Source of the DNA: Microgenomates group bacterium Gr01-1014_7
GTDB lineage: Bacteria; Patescibacteriota; Microgenomatia; Daviesbacterales; UBA10151
NCBI GenBank assembly: GCA_007376405.1
Contig: VMGD01000001.1
Coordinates: 2,891 to 66,890 of the forward strand
Length of the DNA stretch: 64,000 nucleotides
Direction: 5' to 3'
The position numbers and the translations under genes were made by a program. Positions 17,656-27,396 of the stretch are shown in pieces; the stretch's first letter is position 1; each line of letters opens with the position of its first letter. The notes under the pieces were generated by a model. It was not told the DNA's origin and did no database searches. It saw only the letters and a program-made list of their open reading frames with translations.

Positions 17656-19878
17656 ATGTGTTATTATTTGGTTTCGAAGGGACTAACAACAAAGATTACA
17701 TCTTACGATTATAAAATGACTTTTAAACGATTTTTTAAAGGTGAGCTCCTTTCACTTATTGTGATAATTTTAGTCTGTCTTCTTATTGTTTCGATTTGGT
17801 TTAAAGACGGCCTTATGTTTGCAGGAGGAGAGGATGTTATTTCTTTTTATAATCCCGACAGAGTATTTGATCTATTTTTTTATACTTGGAATCCACAAGA
17901 CAGTGGTACTCCCCAAATACAACTTTTAGCAAGAGTTCCTTACTTTTATGTAATAGAATTATTTTACAATTGGGGTATCCCAGGTTTGCTATTACAGGCA
18001 TTAACTTTTTTCTTGTTAATGTTGAGCGGAACATTAGCGATTTATTTCTTATTAAAAGAAACTCTTTCAAAAGATTTACCAGAAAATATGAAGAGTTCTG
18101 TACCAATTATAGGAAGTTTATTTTATCTTTTGAATCCTTATGCAATGTCTCAAATTTGGCTTAGAGGACTTTATAACCAATTTTTTTCTTTTGCCTTAGT
18201 GCCCATTTTCTTGTTATTTTTTGTACTTGGTTTAAATAGAAAAAAAATTGTATATGGACTAATAGCAGTCATATGCAGTTTTATTTTCTCTACAGGGTAT
18301 ACACATCCTGCTACTGTTATTACAACATGGGCAATTCCAATAATTTATCTAATTTTTTATTTCTTCAAATTTAAAAATAATGTTAAAAATATAACTTTTG
18401 GTTTGTTTTATATAATTACAATATTAATTCTTTGGTTTTTGGTGAATGCCTTTTGGATTTATCCGCTTATTGAGGTGGGGAAACAAGTATTTAGTTCCGC
18501 TCTAGATACATCTTTAACTAACAATATAGGGACCCTCCAGGGAGTAAGTAAAGATACTCCTATATTTACAGTGCTGAGGCTTTTACATAATGGATATTTT
18601 TTTAGAGGTTTATATTATGGAGACATTTATCTTAGTTTCCCTTTTATGCTTATAAGCTGGTTAATTCCCGCAGTTGCACTTTTTTCTTTTTCATTTTTTA
18701 AAAAAATGAGGTACTTTAAGTTTTATTTTTTTTCTTTGTTAATAGGTTTATTTGTAAGTTCTGGAGATAATCCCCCCTTAGGATGGCTTCTTATAGTTAT
18801 TCTTCAGTTAGTTCCATTGCTACAAGTATTTAGAAACCCATACGAGAAATTCGGTATCAATTTTTTAATAGCATATATACCCTTTTTTACAATAGGGCTT
18901 GTGATTGTATCTAACTGGTTTAAAGAAAAACTAAACTCTTCAAAGATTGCTAAGCTAATCCAATATTTTATAATAATTCTAATATGTGGAATTTTCGTTT
19001 GGCCAATGTGGACCGGCAAATTTGCGGTAAAACCCTATGTAAACCCTTGGATTAAAGTCCCTAGCTATTATAAATTAGCAGATAATTGGTTAATGGAACA
19101 GAATGGAGATTTTCAAATCTTTCAGTTACCCCTTACTGCGGGAGACGGTATCAGATATACATGGAGGAATCCTTTCCAAGGCCTAGAACCAAGTCATTAT
19201 TTTTTTCAAAAGCCTTCAATTAGAACAGGATATTTTTTTAATAATAGTTATTATGCTCCCATAGGCGAGCAATTCGTTAATTTACGAGAAGGAGAGAAAA
19301 TAAAATATGTTACTAACAATAGAGAAGTTTTGGATAAAAATAAAATAATTGAAGGCCTATCTTTTTTAAATATTCGATATATTATTTTGCATAATGATGT
19401 TGATTATAAATTTAGCTCATCGCCATCACCTGATCAAATTAGAGAATATCTTAATAAACAGGATAAAATAAAATTTGTAAAAAAATTTGGAGAGTTAGAA
19501 GTTTATGAAATTGAGACATCCAAAAATTTAAGTGTAGTTTATTCTCCGGATGCTGAAATTGAGACTTCAAAGAAAAATCCTACTTTGTATAAAATATATG
19601 TTAAAAATGCTAAAGAAGAAATTAACCTATATTTTCTTCAAACATTTAACCCAGGATGGGAATTATCCTTAGATAACCAAGTGGTTACTAAACACGAAAA
19701 AGTGTTTTCCTATGCTAACGGTTGGAAAATTAATAAGTTAGGAAATTATACACTCACTTTATCATATAAACCTCAACAGTTTGTTTATTTAGGATTTAAA
19801 ATTTCTCTTATTAGTTTGATTATAGTATTAATAGTAATAATTATTATTCCCATATGGAAAAAAGTAAAAAATATATGA
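17656..19878 (+). CDS. Large polytopic membrane protein, member 1 of a six-paralog uncharacterised GT-C-like family
   Basis: About 12 hydrophobic segments, an acidic loop motif after TM1 (GGEDVISFY), and a ~250-aa C-terminal soluble domain followed by a terminal TM. The start is ambiguous. The ATG at 17656 sits only 1 nt after a GGAGG, so the Met at 17716 (MTFKRFF) may be the real start. Confidence 0.5.
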   Translation: MCYYLVSKGLTTKITSYDYKMTFKRFFKGELLSLIVIILVCLLIVSIWFKDGLMFAGGEDVISFYNPDRVFDLFFYTWNPQDSGTPQIQLLARVPYFYVIELFYNWGIPGLLLQALTFFLLMLSGTLAIYFLLKETLSKDLPENMKSSVPIIGSLFYLLNPYAMSQIWLRGLYNQFFSFALVPIFLLFFVLGLNRKKIVYGLIAVICSFIFSTGYTHPATVITTWAIPIIYLIFYFFKFKNNVKNITFGLFYIITILILWFLVNAFWIYPLIEVGKQVFSSALDTSLTNNIGTLQGVSKDTPIFTVLRLLHNGYFFRGLYYGDIYLSFPFMLISWLIPAVALFSFSFFKKMRYFKFYFFSLLIGLFVSSGDNPPLGWLLIVILQLVPLLQVFRNPYEKFGINFLIAYIPFFTIGLVIVSNWFKEKLNSSKIAKLIQYFIIILICGIFVWPMWTGKFAVKPYVNPWIKVPSYYKLADNWLMEQNGDFQIFQLPLTAGDGIRYTWRNPFQGLEPSHYFFQKPSIRTGYFFNNSYYAPIGEQFVNLREGEKIKYVTNNREVLDKNKIIEGLSFLNIRYIILHNDVDYKFSSSPSPDQIREYLNKQDKIKFVKKFGELEVYEIETSKNLSVVYSPDAEIETSKKNPTLYKIYVKNAKEEINLYFLQTFNPGWELSLDNQVVTKHEKVFSYANGWKINKLGNYTLTLSYKPQQFVYLGFKISLISLIIVLIVIIIIPIWKKVKNI

Positions 19879-20810
19879 AAAAAGAAAAAAAATTAGTCTC
19901 TGTAGTAATTGTAACAAGAAACAGAAAAAAGGATTTAATTGAGTGTTTAGACTCATATATTAAATCATCATATAAAAATACAGAAATTATAATTTTGGAT
20001 AATGCATCCATAACTCCCGTTTCATCATGGTTACCTAAGAAGTACAAAGGAATAGAAATTATAACTACTGTCAAAAATATTGGTGCAGCTGAGGGTAGAA
20101 ATAAAGGATTTAGTAAATCTAGCGGTTACTATATTGTATTTAGCGATGATGATGCAGTAGCTGATGCCTTGATGGTAGAGAAATTAGTCTCAGTATTTGA
20201 GAATCATAAAAATGTCGGAATAGTTCAACCATTAATATATGAAAAGAATAAGAAAAAATTATTACAAGGTGCTGGTCATAATATTGATCTAACAACTGGC
20301 AGAATTAGTGCTTGGGGTGTTAGAGAAAAGGATATAGGGCAATATGATGGGCTTAGAGAAATACCGATGGTTGGATGTGCTTGGATGGTAAGAAGAGATG
20401 TTTTTGAAAAAGTTAAAGGTTTTGATAAAGATTACTTTATCCCGTATGAAGATTCTGATTTCTCTTTTAGAGTTAGTAAGGCTGGTTTTAAGGTATACTG
20501 TTATTCGGATGCTAAAACTTGGCACAGAGGTCTTAAAGATACATTTATTCACCCATGGATTGAGTGGTTGGGTATTACTTCTTCAGATAGAGCGTATAGA
20601 ATTGCAAGGAATAAGATGATTTTTATTCGCAAGCACTCATCTAACCATCAAAAAATTATTTTCTTCTTTTTTTTATTACCGCTTTATACATTTATTCACT
20701 CATTAATAATTATGGCATCAGCTCGATTTGATATTTTGTACAAGTATTGGCTAGGAGTTTTATCAGGTATTTGGTATAGTTTAATGTATTCTTTTAAAAA
20801 GTTTACATAA
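19854..20810 (+). CDS. GT2-family glycosyltransferase with C-terminal membrane anchor
   Basis: VSVVIVTRNRKKDL...IIILDNAS...FSDDDAVAD (a DxD-type block) and C-terminal hydrophobic helices. Confidence 0.75.
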   Translation: MEKSKKYMKKEKKLVSVVIVTRNRKKDLIECLDSYIKSSYKNTEIIILDNASITPVSSWLPKKYKGIEIITTVKNIGAAEGRNKGFSKSSGYYIVFSDDDAVADALMVEKLVSVFENHKNVGIVQPLIYEKNKKKLLQGAGHNIDLTTGRISAWGVREKDIGQYDGLREIPMVGCAWMVRRDVFEKVKGFDKDYFIPYEDSDFSFRVSKAGFKVYCYSDAKTWHRGLKDTFIHPWIEWLGITSSDRAYRIARNKMIFIRKHSSNHQKIIFFFFLLPLYTFIHSLIIMASARFDILYKYWLGVLSGIWYSLMYSFKKFT

Positions 20811-20831
20811 TGACTCCTTTTTGTGGATAGT

Positions 20832-21659
20832 TTATTTTTTAACTGCTTTCATAAAAATTGATACTCCGGAGGAATTAGGAAATATATCATTAAGTTTATC
20901 TAAAGTGTTTACTAACCAAAACAGAAAACTTGCTAAAGAGGTCTTCTGATTTTTGGATTTACTAAATTTATTTATGTCTTGCAGTAAATCTTGGCTTAAC
21001 TTCTTATAAAAAAGTAATTTACATCCCAAATTTAGCAAATAATGATTAAATGGTAGACACCAACCAGTTAATAATTCACATGAATCGACTTTAAATCCAA
21101 CTTTTTCTAACTTTTTTCCAATTTCTTCGGGTTTATATAATCTTACATGTTGATTCCAAATTCCGGCAAAAAAACCACTCTTTATATGAAAATTAAAAAG
21201 ATGTTCTAAAAACCAATTAATTGGATCCCATAAAAAAGGGTAATTTTTATTGGGAGTAGTTAGAACCAATATTCCGCCCGGTTTTAAAACTCTTCTGGCC
21301 TCTTTTAAAACTCTTATATCATCTTTGACATGTTCAATAATTTCAGACATGACTATTTTATCAAAAGAATTTTCAGGAAATGGTAACTTTTCTGCATCCC
21401 CTATAATGAAACGAACATTCTTCTTTCTCACTTGTCTCTTCGCAGATTCAATAGCAGCAACATGATTATCTATTCCAGTTATTTTTGGAGAAAAACTTGA
21501 GAGAAGATAAGAATAGTACCCATCCCCACAACCAAGATCCAGAACTTTATCTCCGTCTTTTAACTCTAATTGCTCAATGATTCTTTTGGCGCGTCTCTTT
21601 AAAGCCATATCACCAACACTTTTTAATAAATCATCAAGCCTATCTGATATTGTTTTCAA
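20832..21659 (-). CDS. Class I SAM-dependent methyltransferase (type 11-like)
   Basis: KVLDLGCGDGYYS (motif I), VRFIIGDAEKLPFPENSFDKIVMSEIIEH, LKPGGILVLTTPN. Confidence 0.8.
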   Translation of the reverse strand: MKTISDRLDDLLKSVGDMALKRRAKRIIEQLELKDGDKVLDLGCGDGYYSYLLSSFSPKITGIDNHVAAIESAKRQVRKKNVRFIIGDAEKLPFPENSFDKIVMSEIIEHVKDDIRVLKEARRVLKPGGILVLTTPNKNYPFLWDPINWFLEHLFNFHIKSGFFAGIWNQHVRLYKPEEIGKKLEKVGFKVDSCELLTGWCLPFNHYLLNLGCKLLFYKKLSQDLLQDINKFSKSKNQKTSLASFLFWLVNTLDKLNDIFPNSSGVSIFMKAVKK

Positions 21660-21661
21660 TA

Positions 21662-22771
21662 TTAAAAATTATACTCCCTTTTAAACCACTGTAATGTTTT
21701 ATTTAAACCTGTCTCAAGATCTACTTTTGGCATATACCCTAACTCATTTTTAATTTTTGTTAAATCTGGGCAACGTCTTTGTGGTTCTCCTGCCGGATAT
21801 GAGGAGGGGTAAGATTTACGGCGAGGTTTGACATTATTTTCTAAAAGATTTGAGATAATTGATGCAAGTTCATACATGGAAACTTCAGGATTATCATTAC
21901 CTATATTATATACTTCTCCAGCTTTACCTGAAATAAGCACCTTAAAAATGGCGGCAAGTGCATCTGTAATATAACAAAAGGTGCGTGTCTGTACCCCCTT
22001 ATCATGAACCGGTAGGTTTCTCCCTCTTAAACCATAATAAATAAATGTTGGGATAACTCTGTAATCTGTATGTCTCATACCAGGACCATAAACATTAAAT
22101 GGTCTGACTATTTTTATAGGCACACCATAGATTTGATGGTAGGTTATACATAAAGTTTCAGTTAGCCTTTTGGACTCATCATAACAAGCTCTTGGTCCAA
22201 TTGATGAAACATGCCCTGCATAAGTTTCCGGAGTAGGAACATTATTGGGATCAGGATCTCCATAAATTTCACTTGATGAGAAGAATAAAAAACCTTTCAC
22301 TTTATAAAGTCTTGCAATCTCCAAAAGATTTTTTGCTCCAAATATGGCACTTTCTATAGTTTCCAAAGGATATTTTTTATAGTAAAAAGGTGAGGCAAGT
22401 CCGGCTGCATGAATTATAAAATCTATTTTTTCATTAATATTAAGGGGTAATCTAACATCATGATGCAAAAACTTAAAATCCTTATCTTTGATATCAATTA
22501 TGAAGTTTTTTTTGGCGCCAGTTAAATAATTATCTAAGGAAATTACTTTACATTTATTTTTAAGAAGGTTTTTATTTAAAAGATAAATTAGACTGACAAT
22601 ATAACTTCCTATAAATCCTGCCCCTCCAGAAATTAAAATAGTTTTACCCTCTAAAACCTTAGCTTCTTTTTTGATTTCTGAAATTACTAATTTTAGGTCA
22701 TTAATTATTGCTCTTTGCATCAGATTAATATATCTTTGGGGTAGGGACAGGAACAATAAATCTACCACCAC
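21662..22771 (-). CDS. UDP-glucuronate decarboxylase (UDP-xylose synthase)-like NAD-dependent SDR
   Basis: [38 protein letters not shown] and PFNVYGPGMR...GVQTRTFCYITD match the UXS/ArnA-decarboxylase family (STSEVYGDP; ERSCYDEGKR; GSQTRSFQYV). The likely true start is the internal Met near 22717. Confidence 0.75.
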   Translation of the reverse strand: MVVDLLFLSLPQRYINLMQRAIINDLKLVISEIKKEAKVLEGKTILISGGAGFIGSYIVSLIYLLNKNLLKNKCKVISLDNYLTGAKKNFIIDIKDKDFKFLHHDVRLPLNINEKIDFIIHAAGLASPFYYKKYPLETIESAIFGAKNLLEIARLYKVKGFLFFSSSEIYGDPDPNNVPTPETYAGHVSSIGPRACYDESKRLTETLCITYHQIYGVPIKIVRPFNVYGPGMRHTDYRVIPTFIYYGLRGRNLPVHDKGVQTRTFCYITDALAAIFKVLISGKAGEVYNIGNDNPEVSMYELASIISNLLENNVKPRRKSYPSSYPAGEPQRRCPDLTKIKNELGYMPKVDLETGLNKTLQWFKREYNF

Positions 22772-23972
22772 GGCTCTTAAACTGTTCTAGTTTTTTCATA
22801 ATTGGTTTGGCAAAATTCCAGGCCAGAATGAAAATAAAATCCGGATTAGTTTCCGAAATTTCTTTTGGAGATACAACCGGAATATGCATGCCCGGAGTAA
22901 AAAGCCCCTGTTTATATTGACTATCCTCAACTATATAATCTAAAACTTGTGTTCCTATATTAAAATAATTTAATAGGGTATTACCCTTTGCGGGTGCCCC
23001 ATAGCCAATTATATTTTTTCCTTGAGATCTTAACTTTTTTAAAAGTTTATTTAAATCAATTTTATTTTGCTCAATTTTTTTTGCAAACTTTTGATAGGTA
23101 TGTAACTTACCTAATCCTAAAGCTTTTTCGTTCTTTATGAAATTTTCAACAGTTTCTTTTACTTTTCTTTTGGACTTATTTTTCTTTACAAAAACTCTGA
23201 TTGAACCACCATGACTATCAGTTTCTTCAACATCAAAAATTGTCATATTAAATCTATTAAAAAGGGTTACTAGAGGCCTTATAGAGAGATAAGAAACATG
23301 CTCATGATAGATTGTATCGAATAGATTTTTTTGCAAAAAGTCTACTAAATAAGGGACCTCTATTATCAATACTCCTTCCGAGTTAAGTAATTTTTTTGCT
23401 GCTAATATTAGCTCATCAATGTAAGGCACGTGGGCAAAAACATTATTAGCAGTTATTACATCGGCAAATCCCCATTTTTTAATAATTCTATTTGCTAATC
23501 CTTGATCAAAATACTCAGGAATTGTAAGAATTCCATTTTTGGTAGCCTCTTTGGCAATTTTTCTGGCAGGATCTATCCCTAAAATTTTTACTCCTAATTT
23601 CTTAAAAGGTTTAAGTAAAATACCATCATTACTACCAATATCTACCACTAAGGATTCAGAATCAAGTTTAATTTTTTTATAAACACTTTTTGCGTACTGC
23701 TCAAAATGAGCTACAAATACTGGAGAGGTAGAAGAAACATAAACATAATTTCTAAATAAATAATCCGGAGAAACAATATGAGTAAGTTGGAGCTGACCAC
23801 ATTTTGAGCAAAAGTTAACCTTCAAAGGAAAAAAGGGTTCCTTTCCTTTTAATTGCTTTTTGGTCAAAAAAGCATTAGCAGCTGGTTGGCTACCCAGGTC
23901 TATAACCTGTTTTAGATTTTTATTTAAGCAGAACCTACAGTGAGCAAATTTTTTATATAAACCATTTTTCAT
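22725..23972 (-). CDS. NDP-hexose C-methyltransferase (TylCIII/EryBIII-like) with N-terminal zinc-ribbon
   Basis: N-terminal CRFC...(30 aa)...CSKC zinc-binding pair, a methyltransferase core (VVDIGSNDGILL), and a C-terminal HGGSIRVF block. This architecture is characteristic of sugar 3-C-methyltransferases. Confidence 0.7.
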   Translation of the reverse strand: MKNGLYKKFAHCRFCLNKNLKQVIDLGSQPAANAFLTKKQLKGKEPFFPLKVNFCSKCGQLQLTHIVSPDYLFRNYVYVSSTSPVFVAHFEQYAKSVYKKIKLDSESLVVDIGSNDGILLKPFKKLGVKILGIDPARKIAKEATKNGILTIPEYFDQGLANRIIKKWGFADVITANNVFAHVPYIDELILAAKKLLNSEGVLIIEVPYLVDFLQKNLFDTIYHEHVSYLSIRPLVTLFNRFNMTIFDVEETDSHGGSIRVFVKKNKSKRKVKETVENFIKNEKALGLGKLHTYQKFAKKIEQNKIDLNKLLKKLRSQGKNIIGYGAPAKGNTLLNYFNIGTQVLDYIVEDSQYKQGLFTPGMHIPVVSPKEISETNPDFIFILAWNFAKPIMKKLEQFKSRGGRFIVPVPTPKIY

Positions 23973-23973
23973 C

Positions 23974-24360
23974 TTAAAATTTAAGCCTTACTGTGTCTCT
24001 CTCGTATTTCTCCTGTTCCCTTGGCTCGGAAGTAATTGCCAAAAAAACAGTATCCTCTAAAAATTCCATGCTATGGGCAATCATCTTACGAGAAAGTACT
24101 AAATCTCCAGGTTTTAAAATAACTGACTGCTTCTCGGAATTTTTTTTGCTCATATCTTTTTCAGAATATCTAAATTTACCACTTAAGCAGTAAACGTAAT
24201 GTGAATCTTTTTTATGATAGTGATTGGCACGAGAACTGCCTGCTTTACTAGTAATTAAAAGTACTGCTCTAAAATGAATACTGTCATCGTCAACTAAGCG
24301 GGAGATAAACCCTCTTTCGTCCGTGAACTCAGGTTTTATATGTGTGACTTTAATAGACAT
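23974..24360 (-). CDS. FdtA/WxcM-like cupin: NDP-4-keto-6-deoxy-sugar 3,4-ketoisomerase
   Basis: A 128-aa cupin. FTDERGFISRL and RANHYHKKDSHYVYCLSGK resemble the FdtA blocks (GDERGSL; RGNHAHK). Confidence 0.55.
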   Translation of the reverse strand: MSIKVTHIKPEFTDERGFISRLVDDDSIHFRAVLLITSKAGSSRANHYHKKDSHYVYCLSGKFRYSEKDMSKKNSEKQSVILKPGDLVLSRKMIAHSMEFLEDTVFLAITSEPREQEKYERDTVRLKF

Positions 24361-24380
24361 AGTTAAAAGTATCAGTTAGT

Positions 24381-26360
24381 CTATAAGGGATTTGTATTGT
24401 TGTCAAGCTCCTTATGTAATCTCTCAAGCACCTCTTTGGTAATATCCACTACTTGATCTCCTTTTAAAGTGAAGGCAAAAAAGTCATCTTGGTAAAAAGT
24501 GTGTGTACCAGAATAGAGAACACTATCTTTAGTGCAAAAAGCAGTTATTGAATTGAAAGTTACTTGATTATTAGAGTATTTATAAATTTTTTTAAATTCA
24601 TTAAAGCCATTATCTACCCAGTCCAAACAACCGTTTACCTTTCTATCAGGTTTATTATAATATTTGTGTAAAAATACCCATAATGTAATCCTACCGTAGT
24701 TTAGTGCCGTGTACCAATATCTATCTTCAACTGTTACCAGTCTTGGTTCATAGTATAATATGAGATTGTCTCTTTTTGAAGCAGGTGTTGTGTTAAAAAA
24801 TACTTCTTGAATATGTTTTTGCACAGCCATATCCTCACCTAGTGATTTAATCATTTTAAAGTATTGGTTCCCTTTGTAAGAAAAAACCACTAGATAGATA
24901 AGAAATATCACTAGAAAAAAGGCATATAGACCTGCTGTACGTTTACTTGTTTGAATTCTTTTAAATATCAGAATTAAAATTGAGGAAATAAATATGCTAA
25001 CACCAATTGCAGGAACTGTTAAATATCTGTGTACCGGACCTTCATATCCAAAATGCTTACCAATTGAAAGCCAAGTGGCACAAATAAAGGATAGGGAAAG
25101 AAGGGGTGATATAAAAACTGCTAGAAGTATTTTATCCTTCATACCGGTTTTGTACCACTCAAAACCAGTTGCCAAAGCTATAGCTATAATATAAGCTCCT
25201 AGAATACCCGGGAGCGTAGCAAAATCTAGAGTTCCGTTATAAGGTAACGCTAGCTCCTTCGGAATATAATAATAATGGGTGTCAAAAATGTAAATTAAAA
25301 TTTGAAAGAAAGTACTTAGAATAAATGTAGTTATAATGAAACGTTTTGGTTTTTGGGAAATAACAGGGGCAAGTACAAAGGTAAAAATTAAGAATAAAGG
25401 TATGATGCCGCGACCAAAAAGATTACCAAAATAACTCTCCAGAGTCCTTAAATTCCAAATACCAAAAAAACGGACAGAATCAGGATTGATCAGAGTAAAA
25501 CCTAAACCTGCCAATGGATTTATCAAAAGCTGCCAGTTACCTGCAAAAAGATCCTTAAGTAAATTGTTATAAGAATTTCCTCTTGCAAAAGTACCCGGAT
25601 CAACCAAACGAAACAGAAGATAAAAAGGTACAAGATAAATAATTATTCTTAAGATTGTTGTCTTAAATTTTGATATACCCTTAATAGCTATTATAATCTC
25701 CATTATAACCAGTAAAATAAAAGTTGGTATCATTCTCATGGGTGCTGAAAAAATAGCCACATACAAAAGGATAAAAGAGAGCACCAAAAGTTTAATATTC
25801 TTCTGATCTCTAATTAGGAAATAGTAAGAAATTATAAATAGATTTAAAAAAATAACTCCCCAATATTCTGTCCCGGTGACATTGATTTGCAAAGATCCAT
25901 TTGCTGAAGGAAGGATAGCATATATTAATGTGGCCAAGGTGGCTAAAAATTTGCGTTTTGTTAAAACCCACAGAGTGGGATATATGCTTAATGCAGCCAA
26001 GATTTTCCATATAAAATTTAACTTATGTGTAAGTTCCCAGTTATAAGGAAATAGTTCATCTAAGGTACCTGCATACAATATCTGATGGGCCCAACCTAGA
26101 CCAGTGTGAACCCAAGTTTTGTAAACTCTAACTAAATAATTGTTGTCAACAATTCGATTATCGGCTTTATAATCTCTTAGATATGGAATATCTTCATTGA
26201 CTAGTCCATAGCCAAAAAAATCTTGTGCAAAAATATAATTTAAAAACAATACAGCTAAAACTAAAGATATACCAAAACTAGCTTTGATATGTTTTGATGA
26301 TTGTGTCTGCATTTTTTTCAGAATATCTCCTTTCTGCAAATTTTCGACAATTTTTTGCAA
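24381..26360 (-). CDS. Large polytopic membrane protein, member 2 of the GT-C-like family
   Basis: More than 12 TM segments. NEDIPYL acidic loop motif after TM1, a conserved GPVHRYLTVPAIG block late in the membrane domain, and a ~200-aa C-terminal soluble domain. The probable start is the internal Met near 26312. Confidence 0.5.
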   Translation of the reverse strand: MQKIVENLQKGDILKKMQTQSSKHIKASFGISLVLAVLFLNYIFAQDFFGYGLVNEDIPYLRDYKADNRIVDNNYLVRVYKTWVHTGLGWAHQILYAGTLDELFPYNWELTHKLNFIWKILAALSIYPTLWVLTKRKFLATLATLIYAILPSANGSLQINVTGTEYWGVIFLNLFIISYYFLIRDQKNIKLLVLSFILLYVAIFSAPMRMIPTFILLVIMEIIIAIKGISKFKTTILRIIIYLVPFYLLFRLVDPGTFARGNSYNNLLKDLFAGNWQLLINPLAGLGFTLINPDSVRFFGIWNLRTLESYFGNLFGRGIIPLFLIFTFVLAPVISQKPKRFIITTFILSTFFQILIYIFDTHYYYIPKELALPYNGTLDFATLPGILGAYIIAIALATGFEWYKTGMKDKILLAVFISPLLSLSFICATWLSIGKHFGYEGPVHRYLTVPAIGVSIFISSILILIFKRIQTSKRTAGLYAFFLVIFLIYLVVFSYKGNQYFKMIKSLGEDMAVQKHIQEVFFNTTPASKRDNLILYYEPRLVTVEDRYWYTALNYGRITLWVFLHKYYNKPDRKVNGCLDWVDNGFNEFKKIYKYSNNQVTFNSITAFCTKDSVLYSGTHTFYQDDFFAFTLKGDQVVDITKEVLERLHKELDNNTNPL

Positions 26361-27396
26361 GCTTTTTTAATTCATCCTTAGACTTATAAAAATATTCTAT
26401 AGTTCTCCTGATACTTTCCGGACTTATATCAATAATCTTCCCGACAGTTCCATCTAAAGCTTCAGGAATAGCACCTCTTCTAGCACCAATAATAGGTGTC
26501 TCACAAGCTAATGCTTCCAATATAACTCTTCCAAAACCTTCCTCAGAAACAGACGGAACAATTAATAAGTCTGCGCCACTATAATATATAGGTAGATTAT
26601 CCGAATCAATCCCTTCAATAAAATCCACATTCGACAATTTCAAAGTGGTTTCTTTTACCTTATCTTTCAAAGGTCCTGATCCAATAATCTTTAAGCTTAT
26701 ATTTTTATCCCAGCTCTTAACCGATTCGAGTAATTCCTTTATTCCTTTTTCTGGTACTAATCTTCCAACGAATAGAACAGTAAATTTTTCCTTCCAGCCT
26801 AGTTTATTTTTTGCTTCTTTCACTTTTTTAAACTTTTTTAAATCAATCCAATAAGTAAAGTTTTTAACTTTTATTTTAGCAGCCCCTAATGATTCAATTT
26901 CCCTTACTGCCTGTTTTGATAAACCCAAACAGTAATTGGCATTTTTAAATATAAAGCTCACAAAGTTTCTGTAAATCCCTTTTTTGGGAAAACTATATAT
27001 GCTATGCGTTGAAACAATAATCTTTTTTCCGAATATTTTTGCCCAAAATACACCTGCAAATCCTGCTACTAAGCCATTGGCATGGATTACCTCAGGGTTA
27101 GTAGCAATTATAACCAAAGGAGCAATAATAAATAGTCCAGGGAGCAAATAAAGAAATTCAAGTAATGGGTACTGTACCAATTTGTAAAACAAACCGAACA
27201 ACCAAGGTATTCGGATTATTGTTAATAAACCCATCTTTTCATAAACTTTTGAATAAACATTGGTAGTCAGCGGTTTGTAAGTAAGCACCCACACCCTCCA
27301 CTTTCTCTTTGTCAAGACATAAACTAAATCATTAAGATGGGTTTCTACTCCTCCTATATTAGGTTTAAAGTGAGCAGTCAGTAAAAGTATGTTCAA
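26278..27396 (-). CDS. GT4-family (retaining, GT-B) glycosyltransferase
   Basis: N-terminal HFKPNIGGVETH and a C-terminal EGFGRVILEALACETPIIGARRGAIPE (E-x7-E motif). Confidence 0.8.
   Translation of the reverse strand: MNILLLTAHFKPNIGGVETHLNDLVYVLTKRKWRVWVLTYKPLTTNVYSKVYEKMGLLTIIRIPWLFGLFYKLVQYPLLEFLYLLPGLFIIAPLVIIATNPEVIHANGLVAGFAGVFWAKIFGKKIIVSTHSIYSFPKKGIYRNFVSFIFKNANYCLGLSKQAVREIESLGAAKIKVKNFTYWIDLKKFKKVKEAKNKLGWKEKFTVLFVGRLVPEKGIKELLESVKSWDKNISLKIIGSGPLKDKVKETTLKLSNVDFIEGIDSDNLPIYYSGADLLIVPSVSEEGFGRVILEALACETPIIGARRGAIPEALDGTVGKIIDISPESIRRTIEYFYKSKDELKKLAKNCRKFAERRYSEKNADTIIKTYQS

Noticed and set aside
17648-17658. Strong Shine-Dalgarno (AAGGAGGA) directly abutting the ATG at 17656 as proof of that start
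   Set aside because: The spacing is about 1 nt, which is too short for initiation at that ATG. The real start may be the downstream Met at 17716 preceding the first TM helix, so the start is left ambiguous.
20811-20831. Possible bidirectional terminator between the convergent genes at 20810 and 20832
   Set aside because: The gap is only 21 bp and has no GC-rich stem-loop followed by a T-tract.
24381-26360. Calling the large membrane proteins oligosaccharyltransferases (PglB/AglB)
   Set aside because: The WWDYG catalytic motif is absent. The WWW strings in two members lack the DYG context and flank a different conserved HRY(L/F) block.
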